A stretch of 64,000 nucleotides of DNA from assembly GCA_013265495.1 (NCBI GenBank), contig MU058718.1, positions 558,001 to 622,000 on the forward strand, in the 5' to 3' direction. The position numbers and the translations under genes were made by a program. This document shows, piece by piece, positions 36,456 through 49,230 of this stretch (the stretch's first letter is position 1; every line of letters begins with the position of its first letter). The DNA comes from Vicugna vicugna. Lineage: Eukaryota. The notes below the pieces were generated by a model, which saw nothing but the letters and a program-made list of their open reading frames with translations, had not been told where the DNA came from and did no database searches.

Positions 36456-37204
36456 CTGCAAAAACAAACAGGACTTTTTAATGGGTGATGCAGCCTGGCA
36501 TTAGAGGGAGAAACATGCAGTTAATAGGGGGATACACTGGAGTCTCTGCAGTTGCCTTTACTTCACCTGTTTCCAACCTGGTCCAAACAGCACTGGTTTC
36601 ATTTGGGAGCTGCCTGCACTGAAAAGTCAAGTTATTTGACGTTGGAAGCGTCTGGTAAGGTGCATGCATGAAGCTTTTGACAACCCTTGACTTCGTTGAC
36701 TTCTGGCAGATCCATACCTACCTTCCCCTTTCCCTCGAATCTACTCTGAACTCTATTTATTAACCAAGAATGAATTGCAAAATTGACTGTTGACTACTCT
36801 GGATCTGCAGACCCCTGTATTTTCATAATCAATGGAAATGCTAAACCATTACCAAAATCAATCTGCTCGATGGTGTGTGTTTACCCTGGAGCGGTCGGTG
36901 GGGCTTCAGAAAGTGGGATATACTGCGTCATAGGGCTTTGCTGAGAAATCTCCAGTTAAGGGGCCCCATTCTCTGCACAACCCCAGTGAGCCAATCCTAA
37001 CCTAAATTTTGTTTAAAGTTTAGGAAAATGGGTAGATCTCATGCCTTCTCAAGTCTTTTCTAGTAAAAGTACTGTCTGGGGACATTTTGCCTACTGCCCC
37101 ATGCATAACACACTCACATCTATATTGTATGTTCTTCTGTGTACAGACTTTGTACTCTGCATGACCCAGGGAAGGACTTCACAGGGGCTAGGAGTCCCCA
37201 AGGT

Positions 37205-37390
37205 AGAGACTCTCAAATCCATATTATATTAGGATCCCCACAGGAGACTTTAAAATACAGATTCCTGAACCCCCTCCCATACACTCAGAGCCTGATTTAA
37301 TAGATCTGGGAGGAGTCTAGAGAGTCTGTGTTTGTAACAAGGGCCCTGGGAATTCTGCTGTAGGTAGACCATGGACACATGGTGTTCTAG
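37205..37390. mobile_element. MER5-like DNA transposon remnant
   Basis: ttaaaatacagattcctgaaccc...agatctgggaggagtctagagagtctgtgtttgtaacaag...gaattctg. Confidence 0.55.
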
Positions 37391-38169
37391 ATGGCAAAGA
37401 CCACATGTGCAACAGGAATCTCCTGTCAAGTGTCTAGAACTGTGACCCACACACTGTGGTAAATCCATCAGATTTGACTGATTAGCAGTGACAATGATGG
37501 AGATATACCCCAGTAGTTTTGTCAGTAAAGCATGAAATACTTTAAAGTAGCCATAAACTATCACTTAAGAGTAACAGACCATAAAGGAAACAGATTGCTT
37601 ATACAGAAAATGACAGCTTACTTTCCTTCTAATGACATTTAATCTTTAAGGACCTAAACACAGGAGAGTGATGTGAACAAAAGAAAAAAGACCATTAGTT
37701 ACATTGTGGAAAAGGTCTTGATGACTTACAAACCTTTTCCTCCTGGGTGACCTTAGCCACATGCCATTAAGGACAGTTATCAGGGAGCTACTCCACCAAC
37801 ACACTCAGTGCCCTGTTAGAAAAAAAGGCAATGACACCCCTAAGGTGCATAGCAGATGGTCTCACGGCTAAAAGGTGAGGACGTGGTTCTTCTCTGTGGT
37901 CCCTCTCATTTGCTGGTGATGCTCGGTGAGGGGCCAACCATACATGAGTACCTCTGAAAACTGCAGAAGGCAGGCATTTCTGCTGGACTAATAAGGGGAT
38001 GGATAGATTCTGCTTTCGACCAGCTTATTCAGACAAATGTTGAGTGAGGACACAGGACGCAGGGGCGCAGGCCAAGATGACTTGGAGAGGAAAATCCAGC
38101 CCAGTGGGTCAGTGGAAGGCTCTGGATGCAAATGGGGAGGGGATGAATCCCTGCACATCTTTATGTCTG

Positions 38170-38300
38170 GTTCTTCTGAGACTCAGCTCCTTCTAAAAAC
38201 TCAGGATAATAATACTTCCCTCAAAGGGATGTTGTAAGGATTAAATGAAATAACTCATGAAATGCACTTAGAATACCCAGAACATGACTGGCTCACCATC
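38170..38300 (+). mobile_element. MIR 3' fragment
   Basis: ggataataatacttccctcaaagggatgttgtaaggattaaatgaaataac...gcacttagaa. Confidence 0.7.
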
Positions 38301-40600
38301 ATGATTCACTACGTACTGCCCACAGACACTCTAACTGGGTTTTTCGGTTGCATAGGCGAGAACTTTGGTGGTGGCATGTGAATGTTCATCACATTTGGTA
38401 TTCCACAATCACCTTTAACTGCAACAAATGACTTCAAGGTCTCAAAACTACAATTTTGAGCTGGTCCAGAGCCAGCCTGAGTTTCCAGATGACAAAGGAG
38501 TAAATGGTTCACTTTATAGCTATGCACTCAAAATACTTCCAGGGACACTAGTTCCTTTGTGACATTTGCTATGGTGGCAAAGAGCATGCAAGAAGAGGGA
38601 AATTTTACGCCCCACTCAGAGAGCTCAGCTCTTTCACTCAGCACCAGGGTGTCAGGCTCATTTAATTCAGGCTGCGGACAGGAGCGAGCCCCGTGGCAGT
38701 GCCGAGCGTGTGGCTGTTCTCCTCGGTCCCGGAAGCTGTAGCTGGGAGGCATGTGAGGAGTGAGGCCGTGGCAGGCAATGAGTGATTTCTGAAAGCTGGT
38801 TCCTTGTGCGCCTGCAGACAGCACTCAGTTGTGGGAGCTCTGCTGTTGGCCAGGATGCCAGGACCTCACCTCAGCCCGCTCCAGGCAGCTCTGGCAGGGA
38901 GCTGGCAACAGCTTCCTCAGGGGCTGGAGGAGAAGGAAGACTCCAGACGCAGCCAGCCAGCTGCTTCTGAGTTCTCTGTCCCTGTCAGGCCCAGACCCAT
39001 ATGTCTGTCTAGAGGAAGATGTCCTACAGCCTTTGTGGCTGGATTACATGGCTTTTAAAGGGGGCAAGAGCTCATCTTCCCAGAACTTTCTCAATACAGT
39101 GAGGAGGCAAGAAGCCAGGGATTATAATCCAGGAGACAAAGTGGCTTGTCTCAGAAATAAAATTCAGAACTTTCCTGCCCTTCCTTTTACTGCTCTAGGA
39201 AGTCGGTTCCTTTGTCCCTGGCGAGGAAGGAAGGTGTCTCAGTGCGGTCAACACCCCTCTTCTGGTTGGCTAAAGAACAGCGTGTAGGGGTTCTGAAAGA
39301 GAGCCCTGTCTCTCAGAGCCCCGGCAGATCTTCAGCCGGGATGGAGGCTGAGCCTCGAAAGGGCCTCCCAGGGAGGGTGTGTTCTGCACACACAGAACAG
39401 CCCGAGGCTCTGGAAAATTATTCAAACGCGTTTCCTCTTTCTCAAACTCAATAAAAAGTCTTGGACAGCATTTTTGCTCCCGAAGCAGAGTGCACGCCCC
39501 TCCATCCTGCTGCAAATTCAGGCAAGCAGACACGGCCCGAGCTCCTTTCTGGCCCTGACTCCCATCAGAGAGGTCCCTCCACTGCAGTCAGGATGAGCCC
39601 ACACAGTGTCATCTGCACCGTACCACTAGAGCTTCCAGGGAGGAAAAGGGGGAAAGATGCAGAAAGGGAAGCCAGGATGCCCAGGGCGGGCACGCACGGC
39701 AGCAGGGAAGGAAGAGGCAGCAGGCCACAGCTTCGGGGCAGGTGAGGACCAAGTAGGAAGCTAGTGCACCATCTGACAAAGGAGGCAGCTGGAGGACTCG
39801 TTATTTTGTCTCCTGGGCTCAGCAGACTGGAGGTGAGGTGGAAGGTAACTTGTCCTCCAGGATCTCGAAGGCTCAATGCTGAGAGTGGGCGTGGGAGAGG
39901 AAGCAGGGTTCTGCTTTGCTTTTTCAGAAGTTTAAATGCTCCTCTGGTCAGTTCCCCCCTGAAGCCTGACCCCAAAGCCCTCCTCCCCAGCAAGACACAG
40001 AACCCTCCAAGCACCGGAGGCTCCCTCTGCCTGGACCACTCCCTTCCGCCTCCTCACTGCTGAGTCTTTCCCACTAAGACTGTGCTTGCCTTTCAGGTCT
40101 AGCTTGGAGTCAGTCCCTCTGAGGAAATGCCCCGTTTCCGGCTCTGGGCAGGTGCTCGCCCCACCTCCTGGGCTCCCCGGCAAGCAGGGTGGCCTTATTG
40201 TCACAAGTGTGATGACCTGTTTTCTTTCGGTCTCACCCACTCCCCTCCCACTGGAAGCTCCCTAGGCAGGGACAGGGCCTCGGAGTTTAATAAACATCTT
40301 TAGAATGAAGGGGCGCTAAAATCCATCCTTGTGTCTTGCCTTCTTTCTGTTGCTTTTTGCTGGCCCAATTGAGAGCAGTCAGTGTCAGAACTGGACATGG
40401 AAAAGGGTGAGTGGGAGTTTGGGTGGAGGCACACACAGGAATTCATGCTGCTGAGAGAGGAAATCACAGAAATGCGGGTTTTGGGGGTCGGGGAGGAGTG
40501 GCTGGGATGGAAACCCAGAGGGAGACTGTACACCTGTACATGAGAGGCAGGTAGAGTCAGACCACAGAACGGCCGAGGGCCCAGGGAACTGAACGACCTG

Positions 40601-40660
40601 GCCAGTGGGCAGCTGGGAGGTGGGAAGCAGACAGCCAGTGGGCAGCTGGGAGGTGGGAAG
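40601..40660. repeat. 27-bp perfect direct repeat, period 33
   Basis: gccagtgggcagctgggaggtgggaag at 40601-40627 and 40634-40660. Confidence 0.95.
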
Positions 40661-41518
40661 GTGCAGGGCATCTCCCTTCGCTGGGCCCACTGGATTCCTG
40701 GGGTTCCAGCTACCAGCACGGCAAAGCCAAGGGGACTTGGAGGCCTTTACCATCTTATTTTCACATCAAAATCTGACCAAAAGACTCCAGCACCCGAGGC
40801 TTATCCAGTCCTAAGTTTTCTAAAACCTAGACCTTGTCTCTGTAATTTTCTGGAGGGAGGACACCCAAGAAGCCACTGGGGCCTTGGATCTGAGGCGCAG
40901 CTGCCCGTCCCCACATATCCCTCAGTGCCCTGGTGACCAGGACCTGCCTTGCTCCACCGTGAAGACTGCACTTGCTCTGAGAGTTTGGGAGGCAAGGCCC
41001 CAGCCTGCCTCAGCCCTTCTTCTAAAGGACATATGGTTAAAAACAATTGCTATAAAAATCTCAAATCAAAACACAGCATAACAGCCACCAAACCACACAC
41101 AACACACACACAGACACACATTATTTCTTCTGAATGCTCTCTCTTTCTCTCTGCCTTCCTCCAATTTCCCTGAGCCAAAAGGCAAAATGTTTCAAACCAC
41201 CCAGGGCTAGGTGGCAGGACTGTGGTTAACCACCCTAGGCTCCATCCCTCGGGGAGGCTTCCAGAGTCAGAAGTTTCCCGCAGGCATTTACCCCCACATC
41301 AAAGCTCAGTCTGGATGTATCTGGACACCAGTGTTAACACGCAAGCTGCATCTTAGTCTGAAGACACCACCACTGAGTTCTGCCCCAGCTATTATTCATG
41401 GCCGTCCACACCTCAAAAACAAGGTGTTGGAGGCCCAAATGATCACATCACAGAAGTTCTGAGAACAACTTCTATGCAACGAGAAAAAGCAGGTTCGTGA
41501 AACGTGTCACTCACTCAC

Positions 41519-41604
41519 CTCATGAATCAGACACTTGTCTATGAGCTGTAAATAGGAACTTATATTTTCCTCATCGGGTCTGGAGACCAAGAGCTGTGTG
41601 CACA
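41519..41604 (-). CDS. SAMD4A: SAMD4A coding exon (86 nt): (V)[28 protein letters not shown]
   Basis: Acceptor TTCCCAG|TG after a U-tract, donor GAG|GTGAGT; phase 1 to 0. Confidence 0.96.
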
Positions 41605-42419
41605 CTGGGAATTGAAAAAAAAAAGATGAATTAGAAAAGTGCATACCCATTCTAATCTCTGAGATCCGCCTCTGACTTCCTTTCAGGACCAATATTTTGA
41701 GAGGTATGTGTGCCTGGCTTTACGTCAGGTTCACAAAAAAGGCCAGGAGGCTCCTCATTCCACTGAAGTCAGAGGCTTGGTCAGCAAAGGAGCCCTCGCC
41801 TCGAGAAGCCCCTTTGGTTCATTCCATGCATGCCATTCTATATTAAGCCTTCTGCAACCCGGCCCGAAACAGACACTCTGGGAGAGGAAGAACACAGCGC
41901 TGCCTGAGCTCTGTCTTTGAAAGAGGCCCCATGTGAGAGGGAGTTCAAAGGCATTGAAGACCATCGGCCAGGATCAGAGAGCGGTTGCCATAGTTTTATG
42001 AATGAGGCCGCACATCTTGTAGGCTGGGAGGTGTGTGGCACGCACAAGAGCAGGGAGCCTGCTACTCAGTCACCGGAGGGCGATTTTCTCAAAGCGAGAC
42101 ACATATTTATTTGTACACAGGCTCACCTACACGCTCAGGTACGTTCTCAGAGAGACAGAGCAGAGCTAGCCTACAGGAAGAGGACACACACACTCACTGG
42201 ATAGTTCATGGCCACGCTAGTGTAGCCCATGCTGTTAAAACCCTAGAGGTCTTGATGTTCTGATTTTGATGGAAATGTTTAGAAGGCCAAGTGGAGACGG
42301 CTGGTCAAAGAATCAATTAGAAGTAAAAAAGCCATGCACTCAATTGGATCAAGCTTGGACCTTGGCCATCGTGGTTCCTTTCTCTCCCTACTCCTGAATA
42401 ACCAGTCTGTCACAGCATC

Positions 42420-42870
42420 CCACTTATACCCTGTCTTGGCACATAGATTTTCAGTATAACATTGTTTGTCATAACAAAACATGGAAACCACCTCCACGTC
42501 TCTTAACTGGGGCCTTGTTAAATTGTGGTTTATGCCTACAGGGGAACAGTCGTCTTCAAAAAAGAATAAGGTGTAAGGTGTGCTTTGGTAGTGATAGAAG
42601 TATTAAAAGCATATCATATGAAAAGCCAAGCTGCAGAGAGACGTACAAACCAGACCTGTTTGTGTGTAAAAAGGATGCTTATGTTCTTATATATAATTAT
42701 AATGTTTCTGAAGGGATATTCTAAGTTGTTTATAGCGGTACCTCTGGGGAGATGGCAGAGCCTGGGGTGGAGGTGGGGGCGATGTTCCACCTTTCACCAT
42801 TTTAGCTTTAATTTTTTTATGTTGAGCCTGAATTGATTTCATAATTTGTTGAATAATAGTTCAATTTTAA
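42420..42870 (+). mobile_element. Ancient L1ME-like 3' fragment
   Basis: cattgtttgtcataacaaaacatggaaaccacc...aaattgtggt...ggtacctctggggag. Confidence 0.55.
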
Positions 42871-43794
42871 AAAGAAGCCATGCCAGAGAAGTGTGGGTCT
42901 CCTGAGGGCAGAGCCCATTGTGAGTCTTGTCATAGGGAAGGGGGACGAGGTACCATGCTCTCAGATAACCACCCCCACATGTACCTCCACCCATGGGGTC
43001 ACCTGTTCTAACGCACACAGCGAAGAGCCCACCTGGGGGTGGGGGGAAGTGAAGAGATGAGTGAGGAGACCCTTCCTGGCCACGAAGCTACTGGCATTTC
43101 AGCTCCAAGGGATGCTACAAGTCATCTCCTCTGAAACAGACATCTATAGATTTAAGCCCCTTCTTAGGGTATGTACTGCAGGGAGCTTCTCACTGCACCT
43201 GCAAGACTCAAGTGTCCATTTCTTTTGGTCAGAACTCAGTTCTTTAAAATGGCATGAAATTTTGGACAATAAAAAAAATTGTTTCCCCTTCCCAAAGGAA
43301 ACGTACTGGCATTCGCTACATTTTGTAAATAATCGAGATTTCTCGTGAAACATCCCATTAAGCACAAGTGATCCTAGTGTCGGACGTGGTCAAGGATATG
43401 TGCATGGGGTCTGAGATATGAGGAAGGCACAGGGCAGTCCAGGCAGAAGGGTGCTCTTACCCGTGTGACTTCTATCCTGCCCTCCAGACACACACAGCAT
43501 GGCCACGGTGCCTTGTGTGGTATGTGGGAAGGGCTGCCTTTAGCCTGAGGGTCCGAAGTGTGCTCCACTAGGGGGGCCCAGCAGGCCCTGGTGTGAGGGA
43601 GCAGGAGAGAAAGGAGCCAGCGCTAAGGAAGAGGTCTTGGGACCTCTCTGAGCCACACTTTCCTCATCTGTAAAATGGGCTCGTTACATGCTCTGGCAGT
43701 TTACCCAGCACCCAGGGGAAGCCCCTCAGGAGCTGGGAGCTCTGGTCAGAGGTGAGGAGAGGAGGGAAGTGGAGGTAGGAACAGTGGGCTGTAC

Positions 43795-44134
43795 CTTTTC
43801 CCATGACGCGTGTGAACTGCCCCGGGAGATCTCCCTCCGGCAAGGGGGTGACAGCCAGCTCCCCTTCACAGCTGCTCAGCTGGTGTGGCTGGAGCCCACC
43901 GCTGGCCCCGGCTGAGGCTGTGGCAGTGGCTGTGGCTCCGGCGGCCACAGCACCATCTTTGCAGTCGGGGCTCTGGCTCTCAGGGCCCATCAGCGAGGGT
44001 GGGTGCGGGGCCTGGGTGTCCCGGCGGCGAGCCTCGGGGGTGGTGCTCGGGGAGCTGTAGGCCTTGATGGGAGTCAGGATCATCTGGTGCAGCTCCTGGA
44101 GCGGGATGCGCAGGCTGCCACCCTCGATGATGTC
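43795..44134 (-). CDS. SAMD4A: SAMD4A coding exon (340 nt): DIIEGGSLRIPLQELHQMILTPIK...GDLPGQFTRVMGK
   Basis: Acceptor GTCCAG|GAC, donor AAG|GTACAG; 113 codons plus 1 nt; overlaps ORF 43664..44083. Confidence 0.96.
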
Positions 44135-44604
44135 CTGGACAGTCAGAGGAGAAGGCTTCCATTAGGGTCAGGAACTGAGGACCCACCTCCACGCCTCCCC
44201 TCCTTTGCCCCGAGCTCTTCCCAGACAGCACACACAGCTGCTGACCCCTTCATTAGAACGTTCTTTGGAAGAATGACCATTTAAAATCTTATCACCCTAA
44301 ATTAGCCCAGGGAGACAACGAGGAAAATGCACACTTGTACAGTGGGGGAAATGTGGTCACCTGAAAATCCCACCATCTCGAGATGGCCACTCAAATGATT
44401 TTGTTACATTTCCTTCCCTGGCTTCCTCTATGCCTTTCTTTAAAATGCATTCATATAGTTGACATCCATACGCTTTAGAAGCTGTATAACAACGTTATAC
44501 AGAGCCATGTGCTGGATTCCTGTTCTGTGTATGATTTGTTTTAGATGAAGGAACCTGCTTATTCACACCTTCACTCAGCCTATGACACAGGCAACACAAG
44601 CAGT

Positions 44605-44775
44605 GATTAAAAGCACAGACTCTGGCACAGATGCCTGTGTTCAAATTCTGACACTACTTTGTGACCTTGGATAAATGACTTAACCTCTCTGTGCCTCAGT
44701 TTCCCTGTGTATAAAACGAAGATCACAGTGGTACCTGTCTCATTGGGTGGTTGTGATGATGTTACTGTTTGGAAA
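44605..44775 (+). mobile_element. MIR SINE
   Basis: gtgaccttggataaatgacttaacctctctgtgcctcagtttccctgtgtataaaa core. Confidence 0.88.
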
Positions 44776-45329
44776 GCTGCAGGTTTCCATGTCATGCGCT
44801 TCTTTGTTCAATTAATAAGTATGAGTTGGGTGCTGCGACCTGCTGTGTGCTGGGCTAGGCATGGGGGGAAGGTGGGAAAGCTGTTAGGGTCCCTCCAGGA
44901 GTTCATGTCCTACCACGAGATGCACATTCCTCGTGCTGGGGACTGAGGCACAGGCCAGGGCTGTTGTGGTGGGAGTGGGGCACTCTCTGAGGGGACGGCA
45001 CTGGGGCAGGAACCCAACCGAGCACTGGTTTCAGGTTCCTGGAAAGGAGCACTCCAGGCAGAGGGCACTGGAAGGGCAGAGGCACGGAGGTGGGAGTGTG
45101 ACTGGGGTGTGCGAGGAACAGCGAGGAGGCCTGGGGCGGGGGCCGGGGAGGTGGGAGGGAAGGAAACCAGATCCAGGGAGCCATGTGGGCAGGCTGGGGC
45201 AGGGATGCAGGAGTTTCTTCTACACGAGATGAGAAGTCAGGAAGGCTTTGAGCAGGGGAGTGACATGTTTTAGAGAGACCATTCTAGAGAAAAATAAGTT
45301 ATTTTATGTATACGCACACATATGCTATA

Positions 45330-45785
45330 CAGGCATACCTTGGAGATATTGTGGGTTTGGTTCCAGGCCACCGAAATAAAGCAGTTATCACAATAAAGTG
45401 AGTCACACAAAGTTTTTGGTTTCCCAGTGTATATAAAAGTTATGTTTACACTACGCTGTAGTCTATTAAGTGTGCAATAGCATTACATCTAAAAAACGTA
45501 TCTTAATCAAAAAATACTTCATTGCTAAATAATGCTGGCCATCATCTGGGCCTTTAGTGAGTCATAATCCTTTTACAATAGTAACAGCAAACATCATTGA
45601 TGACAGATCACCATAACAAATATAATAATATTGAGAAAGTTTGAAATGTGACATGAAGACATGAAGTGAGCAAATGCTGTTGGAAAAATGGTGCCAAAAC
45701 ACTTGCCCGACACAGCGTTGCACGAACTTCCAATTTGTAAGAAAAAAGCAATACCTGCAAAATGCAATAAAACAAGGTGTGCTTG
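45330..45785 (-). mobile_element. Internally deleted, non-autonomous Tigger1-derived element with both TIRs
   Basis: ta|CAGGCATACCT at 45330 and AGGTGTGCTTG|ca at 45785; Tigger1 5' and 3' terminal sequences join near 45575. Confidence 0.88.
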
Positions 45786-48091
45786 CAATGAGTATAGCTG
45801 GATATAATATGTACAGAACTTTATAGAGTAAAATTGGATCCTTCTGCATACAGTTTGATACACTGGGCATTTTATTAGAAAAAGGAATGAAAGTTGATTC
45901 GGATAGACATCTGTCTATGTGCCGGGTGCTCACAGAGGCGCAGAACAGGCTCAGATGCCTGTGGCTGGAGGTCAGGGACTGGGGGTCTTTCCTGGCCCTC
46001 CGCCACAGTGCTGCCCAGAGCTTATGCAGCAAACCTCTCCCCAGGACCCAAGAAAGACCATGACAATCAGGGCCCTGATTACTGACGAAGTATTTCATCT
46101 TCTGAGAGCCCAGAATAGCAAAAACATAATTTTAAAAGCCTGAAGCCTGAATACCAACCCGTTCCTGGGATCGTCTCTTACCAAGAAAAACTGCTTGATG
46201 ATGTCAAGGAACACAAGCTCATGGAATGCAGTCATTTCTGCACCTAGACTTCCCATCAATCAGAAAGCGGAAACCTGAGGACACAGCCTTGGACAGGTGT
46301 GCTTCCACGCTGGGCGGCAAAACACTGACAGCCCGTCCCGTCGTTGGTGGGAACCTCCTTTAGCAGAGACTGAGTCATGCCTCTGAGGGAAGTTAAATGC
46401 TAAGCAGCCACCAGAACCATTTCAAACCTGGCCAGGGCCACTATCTGGCCTATCTGAGGGGAGAGAGTCCATTTTTCTTTTAAGGAAGAGGGCTTCAGAG
46501 CATCTACCCCCTTCCTTCTAACCTGGCAGATACGCTGTGGGGAGACGAGCCCGTGACCTGTGCCTGCAAGCCTGATGCATGAGTCAGGGTGCTCCTGGTC
46601 ACTCCCAGCGTTCCTGCTCCCAGGGCTGGGCTGGCCCTGTCCTAGAATCTGATGCTGTCATGTGACTGGTTCCTTGAGTTTGGACCTGGTGACCGATCAG
46701 GGCAGGGCAGATGGAGGCCAGCTAGCTGATCCATGCTGGGAGAGCCCCTGCCACCTTTCCTGACCAAACTAGGTGTCAATGGGCGACCCCTGCCTCAAGT
46801 CCTCCAGTTCCTGCCAGCCACCCAGACAGCACCTGGGATGTGGGGCGTTCTGATCACCTTGTCCAGCCCTGCCTGGGGAGGAGAATGGAAAGGAGAGGGA
46901 AGGGATGAGGCTTCCCCGTGAAAGGGGGCTGGGCAGGCAGAGCTGGCAGGCCTCTCTGGTGACCACGAGCATCCCTGCCGTGCCATCCCACATGGCAGCT
47001 ACCACCGAGGTGAGCAAATGCATGCATGGGACATTGTGCCAACTGCCACCAAACCCCTGCCTGCTCTTGTCCCATAGCATGAAGGCTTCTGTAGGTACCT
47101 AGTGATAGGGGAAGGAGATGTGGGTTATGCTAAGAGCTGAACTCCTTCAAAGAGAAAACATACACTTGTCCCAAATTCAAATCTTATCTTATTCCACTGG
47201 GGATAACCACACTAAAAAGGAAACCATGAACAAAATGAATAACGCTGGACACTTTCTGAAAACATAACTTAATCAGGACTCATTCAGAGTTTGGTTTGGC
47301 TTAGTTTTGATCTTAAGCCACTGTCTCAAAGATAACACTTGGCTTATGACCAGTTAGCAATATCCTTGCTTATACTAGCCTCCAGGGGGTACCACCATGA
47401 CCGTCAGATTACATTCCTGACTCTCAGAATAAATTAGAGAACTCAGCACTGAGGACCCAAGTTGAGAAGGAAGCTAGGAAATGGCCCGGATGGTATCCTC
47501 TCCCAGCTGGGGGAATGACTTATCCATGTTGACGTCTCCACTGGTCCTTCATATCATGAATATAACCCGACATTATGAACACAAAGAGGCAAAAATGAAG
47601 CTGTCCGTTAATGGCTGTGCCAAGCCAAGGAGCTCATGTGCGAGTAGTAATGGGATGGCTGGTCCTTGCTGCACTGCAAGCCGCTCAGGCAGGTGCGCTC
47701 AGGGCACACAGCGGGAAGGCAGCTAGTGTCTGACCGCACCAGCCTTCCTGGCCCGGCTTTCTTACGTCTTGGAGGAAGACTGGTTCAGAGTCTTTCCAGG
47801 GGCACGTAACAGCAACAAGGTGCAGACTATCTGGGAGAGCGTGCTTGGGCAGTCAGTGGTGTCCCCAGCACTTATGCAATTTCCCGTGGCCCCATCCTTC
47901 TCTTTGTGTCAGAAGAACTGACTTTTCTCACAACACACAGGACTCCTGTGTCTACTTAAATCCATTCTCCCTACGGGCTGGGCACTGGTAGACACTGGGG
48001 TCTAAAAACAAATACGACAGAATCCTCAGCCTGAGATGCTTACAGTGCCCAGGACCCACATAGTGTGAGTCTGCTGCCTGGACAGGGAGCA

Positions 48092-48104
48092 GTGTGTGCG
48101 TGCA

Positions 48105-48136
<32 letters not shown>

Positions 48137-48148
48137 CACGTGCGTGTG
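48092..48148. repeat. Imperfect (TG)n microsatellite
   Basis: Directly visible. Confidence 0.9.
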
Positions 48149-48329
48149 TCTCCTTCCTCCATGCCAGCTTCCCGGCAGAGGATGGTTCAGCTTCACAGTA
48201 TGGGAGTCCACTGAAAAAGGACAGTAAATAAAAGCACATGGTAACATTTTCATTATTAAAGATAAATGATGGAAAACCTGCCCTAGTGACCATTCTAATC
48301 TTCATTTTCCCTTTTCCACCAAATATCTT

Positions 48330-49230
48330 GAGACATCTGCACTGCTGCACCCCATGGCCTCAACAGCCATTCACAGTCCCTGGTTCCTGGGTTTCTGCTT
48401 CTGTCCCCTCCCATCTCCCTGAAACCTTTCTCATGGAGGCTACCAGTGACCTGCTGGTGGCCAACTCCAGGGGGCGGTTTTCAGTCCTCATCGTATGTGA
48501 CACATCCATGGCCCCTGGTGGGATTCCCCTCTTCACCCTCTGACCCTCTGGGCTCTGTCATTGTCCAGTTCCTCCAGATCTTCTGGTGCTCCCCTCCTAG
48601 GGTCTGTCCTCGGCTCTTACCACTCACCATATACTTCTGGGGGAACCAACTGCCACTGCCACCACAAATGGCCCACACGGGAGTCTTTCAAACCCTTGTG
48701 GACTCTGGACTTGTTCTTCTGGCCACTGGCTTGCCATTTTTGCCTGGGTGTCCCACAGGCACCTCAGACTCCATCCATCCGACTCAACTCCATTTCTCCT
48801 ACACTAGCAACTCCTCCTACACTTTCTGTGGCCAAACAGCCCAACAAGCCAGCCTGAAGCTCCTGCCAATGCCCGCAGTCCCGCTATATGACTCTTATCC
48901 TTCTTCACCCACACGGTTCCTGCTTTGGCTCAAGGACCCACCACGACAGGCTGTGGGGTCCCGGCGAGCCCTCCAGCCAGCAGCGGCTCCTCGCTGGTGT
49001 CCCTCCTCACCACAGCAGAGTGGTCTGTTTCATCCCAGGAAGACGTCCCGCTGGCCTCAGCGAGGACGCCGATCACGCTGGACTGTGAGAGCACCACTAC
49101 ACATCTATCTGTTGCATCCGTGTCCTGAGCTCTCCAAGGGCAGGAACCATGAATTCCTTGCAGGGTAGCCTCCAGTGGACAGGGTAAGTCTAGTCCAAGG
49201 CAGCTGCTTGGTAAGTGTTCAGTAACAGAG
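48330..49230 (+). mobile_element. Degraded LINE-2
   Basis: aggctaccagtgacctgctggtggccaactccag...ttttcagtcctcatc; ctgggtgtcccacaggcacctcagactc; L2-like 3' end. Confidence 0.65.

Noticed and set aside
48446..49168. 240-aa ORF
   Set aside because: Lies in a decayed L2, antisense to SAMD4A; no RT motifs retained in this frame.
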